Source: an uncultured Thermoplasmata archaeon
GTDB lineage: Archaea > Thermoplasmatota > Thermoplasmata > Halarchaeoplasmatales > Halarchaeoplasmataceae
DNA: 64,000 bases
Direction of reading: 5' to 3'
NCBI GenBank assembly: GCA_964602715.1
Contig: CAZRSB010000004.1
Span: 1,109-65,108, forward strand
The stretch's first letter is position 1; every line of letters starts with the position of its first letter. The notes under the pieces were generated by a model. The model ran no database searches and was not told where the DNA came from. It worked only from the letters and a program-made list of their open reading frames with translations. Both the position numbers and the translations under genes were made by a program. This document shows positions 19,539 through 29,274 of the stretch, piece by piece.

Positions 19539-20897
19539 ATGTCTCTTGAAGATATTACCTCTTATACAAAAGAGGAAGGAGCTGAGTACTGTGATATCAG
19601 GAAAGAAAAATGGAAAGTCACAGAGATAACACTAAAAGATGGAGAACCCGAAAAGATCAGTAGTGGCGAAGAAGAAGGAGCTATGATCAGAGTTCTTTAT
19701 GAAAACGGATGGGGTAATGTAGGTACTTCTGATCTACGAAATCTTAAGGAAAAGGCCAAAAGAGCATTGTCTATTGCCAAAAGCAGTAATGATTACAAAA
19801 AAGAAGATACTGGCATGGCCGACGTGAAAACTTATAAAGAAAATGTTGAGATGCCAATGAAAAAAAATTTTGAAGATATAAGTATAGAAGAAAGAATATC
19901 TTTTTTAAAAGAACTAGAACAAGATATTGATGAGGATTACGTCAGATCAACCGAGATTAGATATAGAGACTTCGTGGTAGAAAAGGAGATATACAATACT
20001 GATGGAACTCAAATAACAATGAAAATTCCAAAACTATTCGTTTATCTTATCGTTACGGGTAAAAGTGATACAGTACAGCGGGCAAGCGAAGGAGTCGGTG
20101 GAACTGGAGGATACGAAATTGTTGATCAAGTTCATGAAAAAAAGAAAGTCGTTTTAAAAAGATTGAAAACGCTGTTAGAGGCGGATACCCCTCCAAGTGG
20201 CAGGATGCCTCTTATAATGGATCCTCATCTTACTGGAGTTTTTTCTCACGAAGCTTTCGGGCACGCAGCGGAAGGGGATCTTGTTTCATCAAACAACAGC
20301 TGTTTATCTGGGAAAATAGGAGAAAAAGTCGCTTCTGACCTCGTAACCATAAGGGATGATCCTACATTCGAGGGTTATGGTTCATTCCCATTTGACGATG
20401 AGGGTACAAAAGCTAAAAATAGAGTTCTGGTAAATGACGGTATCCTAAATGATTTTATCTTAGACAGGGAAAATGCATGGAAACTGGATATGGAACCTAA
20501 CGGAGGAGCTAGAGCAGAAGATTTTAGAGTAAAGCCTCTGGTAAGAATGAGTAATACTATCATGGAACCCGGTGATATGAAATTTGAAGAGTTGGTTGAA
20601 AAAGTAGATAAAGGAGTCTACGCCAAATCATCTGGAGGAGGACAGGTAAATACCGGCGAAGGGACTTTTCAGTTCAACGCACAAGAGGCGTATCTTATCG
20701 AAAATGGAGAGATAATAAAACCTCTTAGAGATGTTAGTTTCAATGGATTTACTTTAGAAACCCTTAAAAACATAACTGGTGTAACTGAAGAATTTGGAAC
20801 TACGATCGGCCATTGTGGTAAAGGACAAACAGCTCCTGTTACCGATGGAGGATCACATGTTTTGGTATCTGAAGTAACAGTGGGTGGTAGAAAATGA
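19539..20897 (+). CDS. tldD: TldD metalloprotease subunit
   Basis: HEAFGH zinc motif, PFDDEG, RMSNT, CGK, GGSH. Confidence 0.92.
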   Translation: MSLEDITSYTKEEGAEYCDIRKEKWKVTEITLKDGEPEKISSGEEEGAMIRVLYENGWGNVGTSDLRNLKEKAKRALSIAKSSNDYKKEDTGMADVKTYKENVEMPMKKNFEDISIEERISFLKELEQDIDEDYVRSTEIRYRDFVVEKEIYNTDGTQITMKIPKLFVYLIVTGKSDTVQRASEGVGGTGGYEIVDQVHEKKKVVLKRLKTLLEADTPPSGRMPLIMDPHLTGVFSHEAFGHAAEGDLVSSNNSCLSGKIGEKVASDLVTIRDDPTFEGYGSFPFDDEGTKAKNRVLVNDGILNDFILDRENAWKLDMEPNGGARAEDFRVKPLVRMSNTIMEPGDMKFEELVEKVDKGVYAKSSGGGQVNTGEGTFQFNAQEAYLIENGEIIKPLRDVSFNGFTLETLKNITGVTEEFGTTIGHCGKGQTAPVTDGGSHVLVSEVTVGGRK

Positions 20898-22237
20898 AAG
20901 AAAAACTCATGGAATGTGTGAAGAAAACCCTCGAAATCTTAGAAAAAAAAGATTTAGCAGGAGACGTTTATGGTATAAGACAGAAAAATCTCAGATACTC
21001 CATCAAAAAGGGAGAGATATCAGACAGTTCTGAGTTTGAGGAGATAGGTATAGGAATCCGTGTTATCAAAAACGGCAAGATAGGATTCGGTTATACCACA
21101 CCAGGAGAAGAAGAAAAGGCCATAAAAAGAGCTGAAGAATTATCGAATATCTCTCCAAAACTAGAGATCGACTTACCAGAAAAGGATGCTGTATCCAAGG
21201 TAAAAACATATGATAACTCGATAGAAAATATTATACTCGAGGAAGAGGGGGGAGAATTGAGCCAAAAAGTTATCGAGGGAGCAGAGCAGGTAAATGAAAA
21301 AATCATACCTTCAAGAGGAGGAGTGACCTTTATTTCAGAATCGAAGGTGATAGGAAACACAAATGATATCTTACTTAAAGAAAAACACAGTGGAGTATTA
21401 CTAGGTATGATGGTAACTCTGCCCGGAGCTGATACTTCGATTACAGCTAGTGAATCTCGTTATTCCCGAAAAAAAGATTTAGACTTTTTAGAAGTCGGTA
21501 AAAGTGCTGGAGATAAAGTGATGTCTTTGGAAAATAAATCTAATATCCCACAAAAAGAAGTACCAGTGGTACTTAATCAGGACGCTTTTTCCATGCTGCT
21601 TTGGTTCGGATTAGTTCCACCAGTTAACGGTGAGAATGTAAGAAAAGGAAAATCAATTTATGAAGGGATGATCGGGGATAAAGTGGCTTCAGAGTCAGTT
21701 GATATCATCGACGATCCAACCCAGGATTGGGGACCTGGAAGCGGAGCATTTGATGACGAAGGTGTTAAGAGTATAAAAAATCCGATAATAGAAGATGGAA
21801 TCCTTAAAAATTTCATGTATGATCTTAAAGAGGCATCGAAAAGCAATACTGAAACCACTGGTAACGGTACTAGAGCTAGTTTTAAAGACCAACCAAATAT
21901 AAGTGACAGAAATATGGTGGTAAGAGGAAGGGACCTTAGCAAGGAAAAACTCATGCCCCAAAAAGGTATTCTAGTAGATGGTGTTATGGGCGCTCATACT
22001 TTGAATCCTTCGAGTGGAGATTTTAGTGTAGTTGCAAATCCTGCCTGGCGTATCGAAAATGGAGAGAAAAAAGGAAGATTAGAAGGATGTATGATATCTG
22101 GGAACATACATGAAGTGCTTAAATCGATGGAATTGGGGAAAGACTATAAAAAGATCAGGACGGGAATAGGAAGCCGCAGCATAAAAATGGACCTTCCTTC
22201 AACTAGGATGAACGACGTTACGATATCTGGAAAATAG
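20894..22237 (+). CDS. pmbA: PmbA/TldE non-catalytic subunit
   Basis: GIGIRVIKNGKIGF, FDDEGV, GAHTLNPSSGDFS; no HExxxH; ATGA overlap with tldD. Confidence 0.9.
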   Translation: MKEKLMECVKKTLEILEKKDLAGDVYGIRQKNLRYSIKKGEISDSSEFEEIGIGIRVIKNGKIGFGYTTPGEEEKAIKRAEELSNISPKLEIDLPEKDAVSKVKTYDNSIENIILEEEGGELSQKVIEGAEQVNEKIIPSRGGVTFISESKVIGNTNDILLKEKHSGVLLGMMVTLPGADTSITASESRYSRKKDLDFLEVGKSAGDKVMSLENKSNIPQKEVPVVLNQDAFSMLLWFGLVPPVNGENVRKGKSIYEGMIGDKVASESVDIIDDPTQDWGPGSGAFDDEGVKSIKNPIIEDGILKNFMYDLKEASKSNTETTGNGTRASFKDQPNISDRNMVVRGRDLSKEKLMPQKGILVDGVMGAHTLNPSSGDFSVVANPAWRIENGEKKGRLEGCMISGNIHEVLKSMELGKDYKKIRTGIGSRSIKMDLPSTRMNDVTISGK

Positions 22238-22278
22238 GCAAGGAGAGAATTCAACTAAAAACAAAAAGGTGTATAGCT

Positions 22279-22764
22279 TTGGAGGAATTTATAGAGTATT
22301 TTGCCTTTGGAAGTAATCTTCATATAGGCCAGATGAAAGATAGAGGTATAGAGATAATAGAAACTGAAATAGCTCAACTTCCCGGATGGAAATTAGCCTT
22401 TACCATATACTCAAAAAATTGGGGAGGTGGTGTGGGAGACATAGTACCTTGTTCCAACGACAAAGTAGAAGGCGTTATTTACACTATACACAAAAAAGGT
22501 CTAGAAAAATTAGATCACTATGAAGGACGTGACATCAAAAATGAAATGGATATAGGAATGTACAGAAGGCAGCACATTCCCGTAAAAACAAAAAAAGGAT
22601 GGAAGACCGTACTTACTTATACCGTTAATCGGACTCCTGAGTACAAAAAACGGTCATGTATAAAACCATCTTCAGAATACTTAGACACGATCATAAAGGG
22701 TGCTGTAGAACATAATTTGAGCGAAGATTACATCGAGCGATTAAAAAATATAAAATGCAGATGA
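22279..22764 (+). CDS. Gamma-glutamylcyclotransferase (AIG2-like) family protein
   Basis: YFAFGSNL, VEGVIY, LDHYEG, YRRQHIPV, PSSEYLDTIIKGA; TTG start. Confidence 0.88.
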   Translation: MEEFIEYFAFGSNLHIGQMKDRGIEIIETEIAQLPGWKLAFTIYSKNWGGGVGDIVPCSNDKVEGVIYTIHKKGLEKLDHYEGRDIKNEMDIGMYRRQHIPVKTKKGWKTVLTYTVNRTPEYKKRSCIKPSSEYLDTIIKGAVEHNLSEDYIERLKNIKCR

Positions 22765-22777
22765 GCGCACAATTAAG

Positions 22778-23011
22778 TTAGCATTGATCTCCTATTTTTT
22801 TCACTGTTATTTCAATAGAAGATACATTAGTTTTTCCGCCTTCATCATTTTCGATTTTTTCAATGTCTGTTATTATTTCAGTTATCTCTAGACCTTCCAT
22901 GAAACGGTTCTTAGTTATCTCTGCCACATCTACTGCTTTGCTGATAGCTCTTCCTCTTGCTTTTATAACCACCTCATCACTACCACTGTTGAACTGTGTC
23001 ATCAGAGCCAT
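22778..23011 (-). CDS. albA: DNA/RNA-binding protein Alba, apparently N-terminally truncated
   Basis: [19 protein letters not shown]...NVSSIEI is diagnostic of Alba. The usual N-terminal strand (xxFVGKKPxMNYV) is absent in all frames upstream. Confidence 0.8.
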   Translation of the reverse strand: MALMTQFNSGSDEVVIKARGRAISKAVDVAEITKNRFMEGLEITEIITDIEKIENDEGGKTNVSSIEITVKKIGDQC

Positions 23012-23059
23012 AACATTAACCCCTCTAACTAAACTAATTAATAAATTGTTCAATAAAAA

Positions 23060-23233
23060 TCATCTAAATAGCTCTTCATCCTTGAGTTTAAAAATACGGC
23101 CAATACATTCTTCAAGATGCTGATCGTCGATACTCTCCTCCGCTCTTTTAAGACATTCTAAAAAGGGTTCCTCGGAAGACCCCTCCTGAACTTCACCAAT
23201 ACTGCGAGAAACAACTATTTCTTTTTCCAACAT
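23060..23233 (-). CDS. Small hypothetical protein
   Basis: Acidic 57-aa ORF (MLEKEIVVSR...) on the same strand just upstream of alba; no family recognised. Confidence 0.4.
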   Translation of the reverse strand: MLEKEIVVSRSIGEVQEGSSEEPFLECLKRAEESIDDQHLEECIGRIFKLKDEELFR

Positions 23234-23365
23234 TTGGGGCCACCATTGGTATAGTTGTGCAACTATACAAGTATACATAAAGTTTATGGTCATATAACAA
23301 AGTCACTAAATTGGGAAAAATAAAAATAATTTTGATAGATATCATACATCTAATAGGGGATTCTA

Positions 23366-23803
23366 CTGATCAGAATAGCAAAAAATAAGGATTTAGAAAA
23401 AATACAAGAGATAGCCTCTATTTCTTTAAAAGAGGTATATAAGAGAGAGGTTTTCATCATAATCAAAGAGCTTTTTGAAAAAGGATTTCTTGTCCATCAA
23501 GTCAATGATCAAATTACCGGCTTTATATGTGGTATCGACGTAGATAAAAAAACTTATAGGGTACTGATGTTAGCTGTTCATCCTAAATTCAGAGATCAGG
23601 GAATTGGAAGTGAACTGCTTGAAGGTTTTATCGACGTTTGTGCATCGAATGGAGCAGACAAAATAACTTTAGAGGTCAGAAAAAGTAGTGAAAGGGTTAT
23701 AAGATTCTATCAAAAAAGGAATTTTCAGATAGTTGAACACCTTGAAGATTTTTATACAAACGGAGAAGATGCATACAAAATGATGAGGGTATTAGACGGT
23801 TAG
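23366..23803 (+). CDS. GNAT N-acetyltransferase (RimI/Ard1-like), probable CTG start
   Basis: The frame stays open upstream of the listed ATG (23567) to an in-frame TAG at 23354-56: LIRIAKNKDLEKIQEI...GFICG...LAVHPKFRDQGIGSELL...LEVRKSS...FYQKRNF...FYTNGEDAYKM. Confidence 0.85.
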   Translation: MIRIAKNKDLEKIQEIASISLKEVYKREVFIIIKELFEKGFLVHQVNDQITGFICGIDVDKKTYRVLMLAVHPKFRDQGIGSELLEGFIDVCASNGADKITLEVRKSSERVIRFYQKRNFQIVEHLEDFYTNGEDAYKMMRVLDG

Positions 23804-23864
23804 AACTATTGATAGAGATAGTAAATGAGAAAAGTTATTAAATAAATGAAGATTTTTAACATGA

Positions 23865-25496
23865 ATGAATATCATGGATCCTAATAAAGAATTTAAAGAA
23901 TTTGAAGAAAAAGTTTTCCAATCGATCATTGAAAGGAATCCTATCCTTGCTACTCATCTCGGCAAACACGAATATGATGACAGACTCCCTGATGCAACAA
24001 AAAAGAAGCATCTTAAGGACATCGAACTTTCTGAAAAATGGTTGGAAGAATTAAAAAACTTTGACAACGAAGAGCTTAATGAAGAGAACCAAATCGCGAG
24101 AGATATCGGTCTCCATATATTATCCTTAAGATTGTTTTCTTTAGAAGATTTAAGGCAGTGGGAACGTGCCCCAAATGCTCCGCCTACTATTGGAAGTTCT
24201 ATTTTTCCACTCATCCGTAGAGAATTTGCCCCCTTAGAAGAAAGACTCGAAAGTATAATTTCTAGGATAGAGGAAGTTCCAAGGATGCTTGAAGATGAAA
24301 AAAAGAGATTGGAAAATCCTGTAAAATTATGGATCGACATGGCAATAGAATCCGCTGAACAGTTACCTATACTTTTCAAATTGGTACAGATGATGGCGAA
24401 AGAAGAAGGTTTCGAAGAAGAAAAGCTGAGCAGAATAAGAGAGGTAACATCTAAAGCAGACGAAGCTCTAGAAGAATATATAGAATGGCTTAATAATCAA
24501 AAAACAAAAGCTCAAGACGAATTTGCTATAGGTGAGGAAAAATTTAATGAGTTATTAGAAAAAAGGGAACTTGGATACAATGCTGACGAAATACTAGATA
24601 TAGGGGAAACATTATTGGAAAATGCACAGGAGGATATGGACAAATATGCTAAAAAAGTCCATCCAACTGGTAATGTTCAAAAAGCTCTAGAAAAAGTCGA
24701 ATCAGAAGTCCCAGATGATTTTGAAGAAGCTTTAGAGTGGTATGATATTGGTCTTGAGGATGCAAAAAATTTCGTAGTAGAAAACGATCTTGTAACAATC
24801 CCAGAAAACGAAAACATCGAAGTGACTGAAACACCGGAGTACATGAGGAATATCATACCTTTTGCTGCTTACATACCTCCTGCCAAATTTGACGAAGTGA
24901 AGAAAGGGATCTATGTAGTAACACCACCAGAAGATGATGATGACCTATCAAATTATTCCTACTGGGACGTAAGGAATACCACAGTTCACGAAGGCTATCC
25001 AGGGCATCATCTTCAGTTAGCTGCGGCAACTACCAATGAAGATATATTTCGCTTATTTTCTCAGGCTACTGAAACTGTTGAAGGGTGGGCCCACTACTGC
25101 GAAGAGATGATGAAAGAAAACGGATTTGATGATACTCCCGAAGCAAAGCTACTCCAATCAAAAGATATCGTTTGGAGAGCTGCCAGAATCATCGTTGATG
25201 TCAAATTGAGCACAGGAAAGATGTCCTTCGATGAGGCGGTAAAATATCTCATAGATACCGTAAATATGGACGAAAAGGACGCTAAAAAAGAAATCAAGCG
25301 CTATACTCAGAACCCAGCCTACCAACTGAGTTATCTTCTTGGAAAACAGATGATCAAAGAGCTGAAAGAGGAAGTTAAACAAGAAATGGGCGACGAATTC
25401 ACCGAGAAATTCTTCCACGATACTATACTTTACGCGGGAAGTGTACCGATAAAATATTTGAGAAAGATATTCGAGAAAAAGATAGAAAGCTTTTGA
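23865..25496 (+). CDS. DUF885 family putative metallopeptidase
   Basis: NPILATHLG, HEGYPGHHLQ, EGWAHYCEE, RAARIIVD, YQLSYLLGK. Confidence 0.88.
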   Translation: MNIMDPNKEFKEFEEKVFQSIIERNPILATHLGKHEYDDRLPDATKKKHLKDIELSEKWLEELKNFDNEELNEENQIARDIGLHILSLRLFSLEDLRQWERAPNAPPTIGSSIFPLIRREFAPLEERLESIISRIEEVPRMLEDEKKRLENPVKLWIDMAIESAEQLPILFKLVQMMAKEEGFEEEKLSRIREVTSKADEALEEYIEWLNNQKTKAQDEFAIGEEKFNELLEKRELGYNADEILDIGETLLENAQEDMDKYAKKVHPTGNVQKALEKVESEVPDDFEEALEWYDIGLEDAKNFVVENDLVTIPENENIEVTETPEYMRNIIPFAAYIPPAKFDEVKKGIYVVTPPEDDDDLSNYSYWDVRNTTVHEGYPGHHLQLAAATTNEDIFRLFSQATETVEGWAHYCEEMMKENGFDDTPEAKLLQSKDIVWRAARIIVDVKLSTGKMSFDEAVKYLIDTVNMDEKDAKKEIKRYTQNPAYQLSYLLGKQMIKELKEEVKQEMGDEFTEKFFHDTILYAGSVPIKYLRKIFEKKIESF

Positions 25497-25652
25497 CCTT
25501 GTAAACATGATCAGGTTTGAATATCCATGGTGCATGTAGAAGAACTAAAAATAATTCTAGATTGCATCGTTGAGTAGTGAAATCCCTCTCTTTCTTTTTT
25601 AGATTCGAGACTTAAACAGATTTAAGTACTATTTCAATATTTTAAAAAGGAT

Positions 25653-26591
25653 ATGAGTGGTACACCCAAGATACAGGCCCGAAATCTGCTGGTTAGATAT
25701 GGTGATGTGATCGCCCTGGATTCCTTCACTGCTGATATACCAGAAGGTGTAGTTGGTATATTAGGACCCAACGGTGCAGGGAAGACCACTTTCATAAAGG
25801 TACTACTCGGCTTGACTGAATCCCAGCGAGGAACGTACGTCATAAACACAGAAGTACCCCAATCAGAGATACATGATATCATCGGCTTTATGCCTGAGAA
25901 CGAGTGCCTCAAAGGCAGGATGAACGCATTTGAAATGGTTTCGTACATGGGCTCTTTATCGGGTATGTCCACGAACCATGCTATACAGAGGGCACACGAG
26001 GTATTGGACTTCGTCGATGTCGGAGAGGAACGTTACAGGGAGATATCATCCTACTCTACAGGCATGAAACAGAGGGTAAAGCTCGCCCAAGCCATAGTTC
26101 ACGACCCGGAGATACTGATGCTGGACGAACCCACCAACGGCATGGATCCCGACGGGAGAGAAGAGATGCTCGATCTCATAGAAAAAATAGGTATGTTCGG
26201 GAAAACCATACTGGTTTCTTCACACCTGCTACACGAAGTTGAGCAGGTCTGCGGATATGCCGCGATAATCAACGAAGGAAAACTGCTGAGACAAGGTAAC
26301 ATAAAGGAATTACTACAGTCTGAAGATGGAAGATACCGTATCAAAATCAGGGGCTCTAAGGATTCGATAGATGGATTCGTTAGAGCTCTAAAGAGGGATC
26401 ACCATGTGGAGAGTCGTATCGATGAATCAGAGCAGGCGACCTTAGTGGTCAATGGTGTAAACGACAGCAATGAGCTACTAGGCCTAGTGAAAAGTTCCGG
26501 AGTACAGATCAGGTATTATCGTCCCGATATCTTGTCTTTGGAAGATGTGTTCATAGAAACCTTTGAAGGAGGTGAATACATTGGGGATTGA
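25653..26591 (+). CDS. ABC transporter ATP-binding protein (ABC-2 type)
   Basis: GPNGAGKT, YSTGMKQR, LDEPTNGMDP, SSHLL. Confidence 0.93.
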   Translation: MSGTPKIQARNLLVRYGDVIALDSFTADIPEGVVGILGPNGAGKTTFIKVLLGLTESQRGTYVINTEVPQSEIHDIIGFMPENECLKGRMNAFEMVSYMGSLSGMSTNHAIQRAHEVLDFVDVGEERYREISSYSTGMKQRVKLAQAIVHDPEILMLDEPTNGMDPDGREEMLDLIEKIGMFGKTILVSSHLLHEVEQVCGYAAIINEGKLLRQGNIKELLQSEDGRYRIKIRGSKDSIDGFVRALKRDHHVESRIDESEQATLVVNGVNDSNELLGLVKSSGVQIRYYRPDILSLEDVFIETFEGGEYIGD

Positions 26592-27423
26592 CCCCATCGA
26601 ATACACACCGTGGCATGGTAAGAGGAGTGGAATGTCACACCGTATATTTATCGTGATCAAAAAGATATTCAATACTAGTGTAAGATCTAAAGGGGTGATA
26701 GTCCTTCTGCTGATAGGAGGCATACTAGTGCATCTGATCCCTATCATCAACGCTGTAATCGTTCCCCAGGAAAAATTGACCGCCGAGATCATGGTTCGCG
26801 GTTTGCCAACACTAGATCCTTATATGAGAGGGGAATTGTTCTTGATATTCTCCATATTACTCGCCGCCGTGGTGACTTCGGACCTTATATCTTCAGACTA
26901 CCAAGATAACTCATTCATCCTTTACTTTTCACGCCCCATAAAACCACCCCTCTACATTATCTCGAAATTGCTGGGAGGGATATCCGTCATATCTCTGTTC
27001 TGTTTTGTCATGCCTATGGTGTTCTGCATAACAGTGATAAGCACCCAGACGGGATCCGATTACTGGACAAGCTTCAAAGTGATGGGTTTGACCGCCTTAG
27101 CGGGCTTACTGACAACATCCTTCTTTTCCGTGATGGGATTGATGCTGTCATCCATGACCAAAAGGAAAGCATACGCTGGTGTAGGAACCTTCGTAGCTTT
27201 CTTTGCACCCACACTGATCGCCGATATCTTTTCAGAATTCAACGTTAACTGGAGACTGCTAAGCCCCATAAACGTGTTACATTATACCTACGATCTCATC
27301 TATGGTTACGATATACCACATAACATCGATACATCACTTTATTATATATCTCTATTCACCTATATTCTTCTACCTCTGGTGATAACTTACATCGTGATCC
27401 AAAGGAGGGCGTTGGGTAAATGA
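26581..27423 (+). CDS. ABC-2 type permease
   Basis: About 6 TM segments, DLISSDYQDNSFILYFSRPI. Probable TTG start at 26581 after GGAGGTGA. Confidence 0.85.
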   Translation: MGIDPIEYTPWHGKRSGMSHRIFIVIKKIFNTSVRSKGVIVLLLIGGILVHLIPIINAVIVPQEKLTAEIMVRGLPTLDPYMRGELFLIFSILLAAVVTSDLISSDYQDNSFILYFSRPIKPPLYIISKLLGGISVISLFCFVMPMVFCITVISTQTGSDYWTSFKVMGLTALAGLLTTSFFSVMGLMLSSMTKRKAYAGVGTFVAFFAPTLIADIFSEFNVNWRLLSPINVLHYTYDLIYGYDIPHNIDTSLYYISLFTYILLPLVITYIVIQRRALGK

Positions 27424-28346
27424 ACCTTATCAAAGCCGATAAACTATCAAAATGGTACGGTGAAGTCATAGGATTGAATTCGTTCAGCGTGGATATCAGA
27501 CCAGGTATAACCGGTATCGTTGGACCGAACGGTGCCGGGAAGAGTACGCTTTTCAAGATGATGATAGGTATGATCAGGCCCAGCCAGGGTGATTTACTGG
27601 TCATGGGTCAGAGACCGTGGCTTAATTCAGAATTATCCTCAAAGATAGGTTTTTGCCCCGACTACGATAACCTTCCAGACGAGGCCACCGGGCGTGAATT
27701 TTTACGATTGACCGGTGGGCTCCAGGGCATGCGAGGAAGAAGGTTGGATGGAAGGATCGATGAGGTTTCAGAGACCGTTGGGATAGGTTATGCTTTGGGT
27801 AGGAAGATCGCCGGTTACAGCAAGGGCATGAGACAGAGGATAAAGATCGCCGGTGCTATAATACACGATCCGGATATCTTACTGCTGGATGAACCGCTCA
27901 GTGGTGCCGACCCCCAGGCAAGAAAGGCGTTGATCGATGTGATCAAGGGTCTGCATGAAGAAAAGGGACATCATGTGATAGTGAGTTCTCATGTGCTCTT
28001 CGAAGTGGAGCGCATGACAAGCGATGTAATTTTGGTTTACAAAGGAAGAGCGGTAGCCTCGGGACACATCTCACAGATAAGGAACTTGATAGACAAGCAT
28101 CCACATAACATTATCATCAAGGGTGAAGGTATGGTAGAGCTTGGTAAGAGGCTACTAGAAAGGGATTATACGGTATCGGTGGGTTTCGACGGAGGTAAAG
28201 ATCGGTTGAAGGTGGAAGTGAAAAAACCTGACGAGTTCTTTGACGAGGTGCCAGAGATGGTGCTAGAGGCCGGAGGAAAATTGGATGAGATGTACAGCAT
28301 GGACGACAATCTGCAGGCGGTATTCAAATATCTGGTGGGGCGGTAA
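27420..28346 (+). CDS. ABC transporter ATP-binding protein (second ATPase)
   Basis: GPNGAGKST, YSKGMRQR, LLDEPLSGADP, SSHVL. Confidence 0.93.
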   Translation: MNLIKADKLSKWYGEVIGLNSFSVDIRPGITGIVGPNGAGKSTLFKMMIGMIRPSQGDLLVMGQRPWLNSELSSKIGFCPDYDNLPDEATGREFLRLTGGLQGMRGRRLDGRIDEVSETVGIGYALGRKIAGYSKGMRQRIKIAGAIIHDPDILLLDEPLSGADPQARKALIDVIKGLHEEKGHHVIVSSHVLFEVERMTSDVILVYKGRAVASGHISQIRNLIDKHPHNIIIKGEGMVELGKRLLERDYTVSVGFDGGKDRLKVEVKKPDEFFDEVPEMVLEAGGKLDEMYSMDDNLQAVFKYLVGR

Positions 28347-28347
28347 T

Positions 28348-29094
28348 ATGAACGGTGAGATGACCGCTTTCGTTTCATTGGCCTCCTACAAGTTCAAAAA
28401 AATAGTGCTGAACAAAAGGGTGGTAGCAGCCCTTGTAGTGGCTGTATTCGTGGTCGGTGTCATGGCCTACGCGTCTACTCAGGATGTAGAGCGGCTAAAA
28501 GATGGTACTATTTTGTTGGATATAATGTTCCTAACACTCTTTCTACCGGTACTCGTCATGCTATACAGTACTTCGGTGATACGTGAAGAGATAGAGGACA
28601 AGAGTATCACTCTTGTGATAGCTTCCCCCATAAAAAGGATCACTGCATATCTCTCTTATTATTCATCTCTACTGCTCGCTCTGGTGCTGATTATGGGCGC
28701 TATACTCACGGCGGGCTTCCTTTCTTTCTTCATACCGCAGGGTATGGATATGGAAGCCCTCTATCTTTACAGGGATATGCTTTCGCTGCTTCTTATCGGC
28801 TGTGTGGTTTACTCGGCGCTGTTTTTAATGGTGAGCGTTATCATGAAAAGGGCCATCTACTTCGGACTGTTCTACGCTTTCATATGGGAATCCTTCATCG
28901 GCTCCGTGCCCGGCAGGATAGCTGAATTCTCCTTCAGACACTACATAAGGAGTATCGGTGCTGGATGGATCGAGTTCATGGAATTCGGTAACGCTGCAGG
29001 AGTAGGCAGTTCGTTCATGATTTTGGGTGTAGTCTCCATCATCATGATCGCCGCCGGCGCATTGTTGTTCAGACATAAGGAATATCCTTGTTGA
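28348..29094 (+). CDS. ABC-2 type permease (second)
   Basis: About 6 TM segments, IREEIEDKSITLVIASPI, FAFIWE. ATG at 28348 lies 1 bp after the preceding stop. Confidence 0.85.
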   Translation: MNGEMTAFVSLASYKFKKIVLNKRVVAALVVAVFVVGVMAYASTQDVERLKDGTILLDIMFLTLFLPVLVMLYSTSVIREEIEDKSITLVIASPIKRITAYLSYYSSLLLALVLIMGAILTAGFLSFFIPQGMDMEALYLYRDMLSLLLIGCVVYSALFLMVSVIMKRAIYFGLFYAFIWESFIGSVPGRIAEFSFRHYIRSIGAGWIEFMEFGNAAGVGSSFMILGVVSIIMIAAGALLFRHKEYPC

Positions 29095-29274
29095 GATCGA
29101 ACTCTTTTTTTTTCTGCGTTGTAAAGATGAGTATTGATGGAGAGTATTGCTCCGTTTTTTTGTCGCAGATGATCAAAAACAACAATATCCTAGTCTTGGT
29201 GATAGTCACCTTTGCTTTTAGTGATAACAATTATCTTCTTACGGGAGAAAGAATCTCCCTGACCGTCGTATGTA

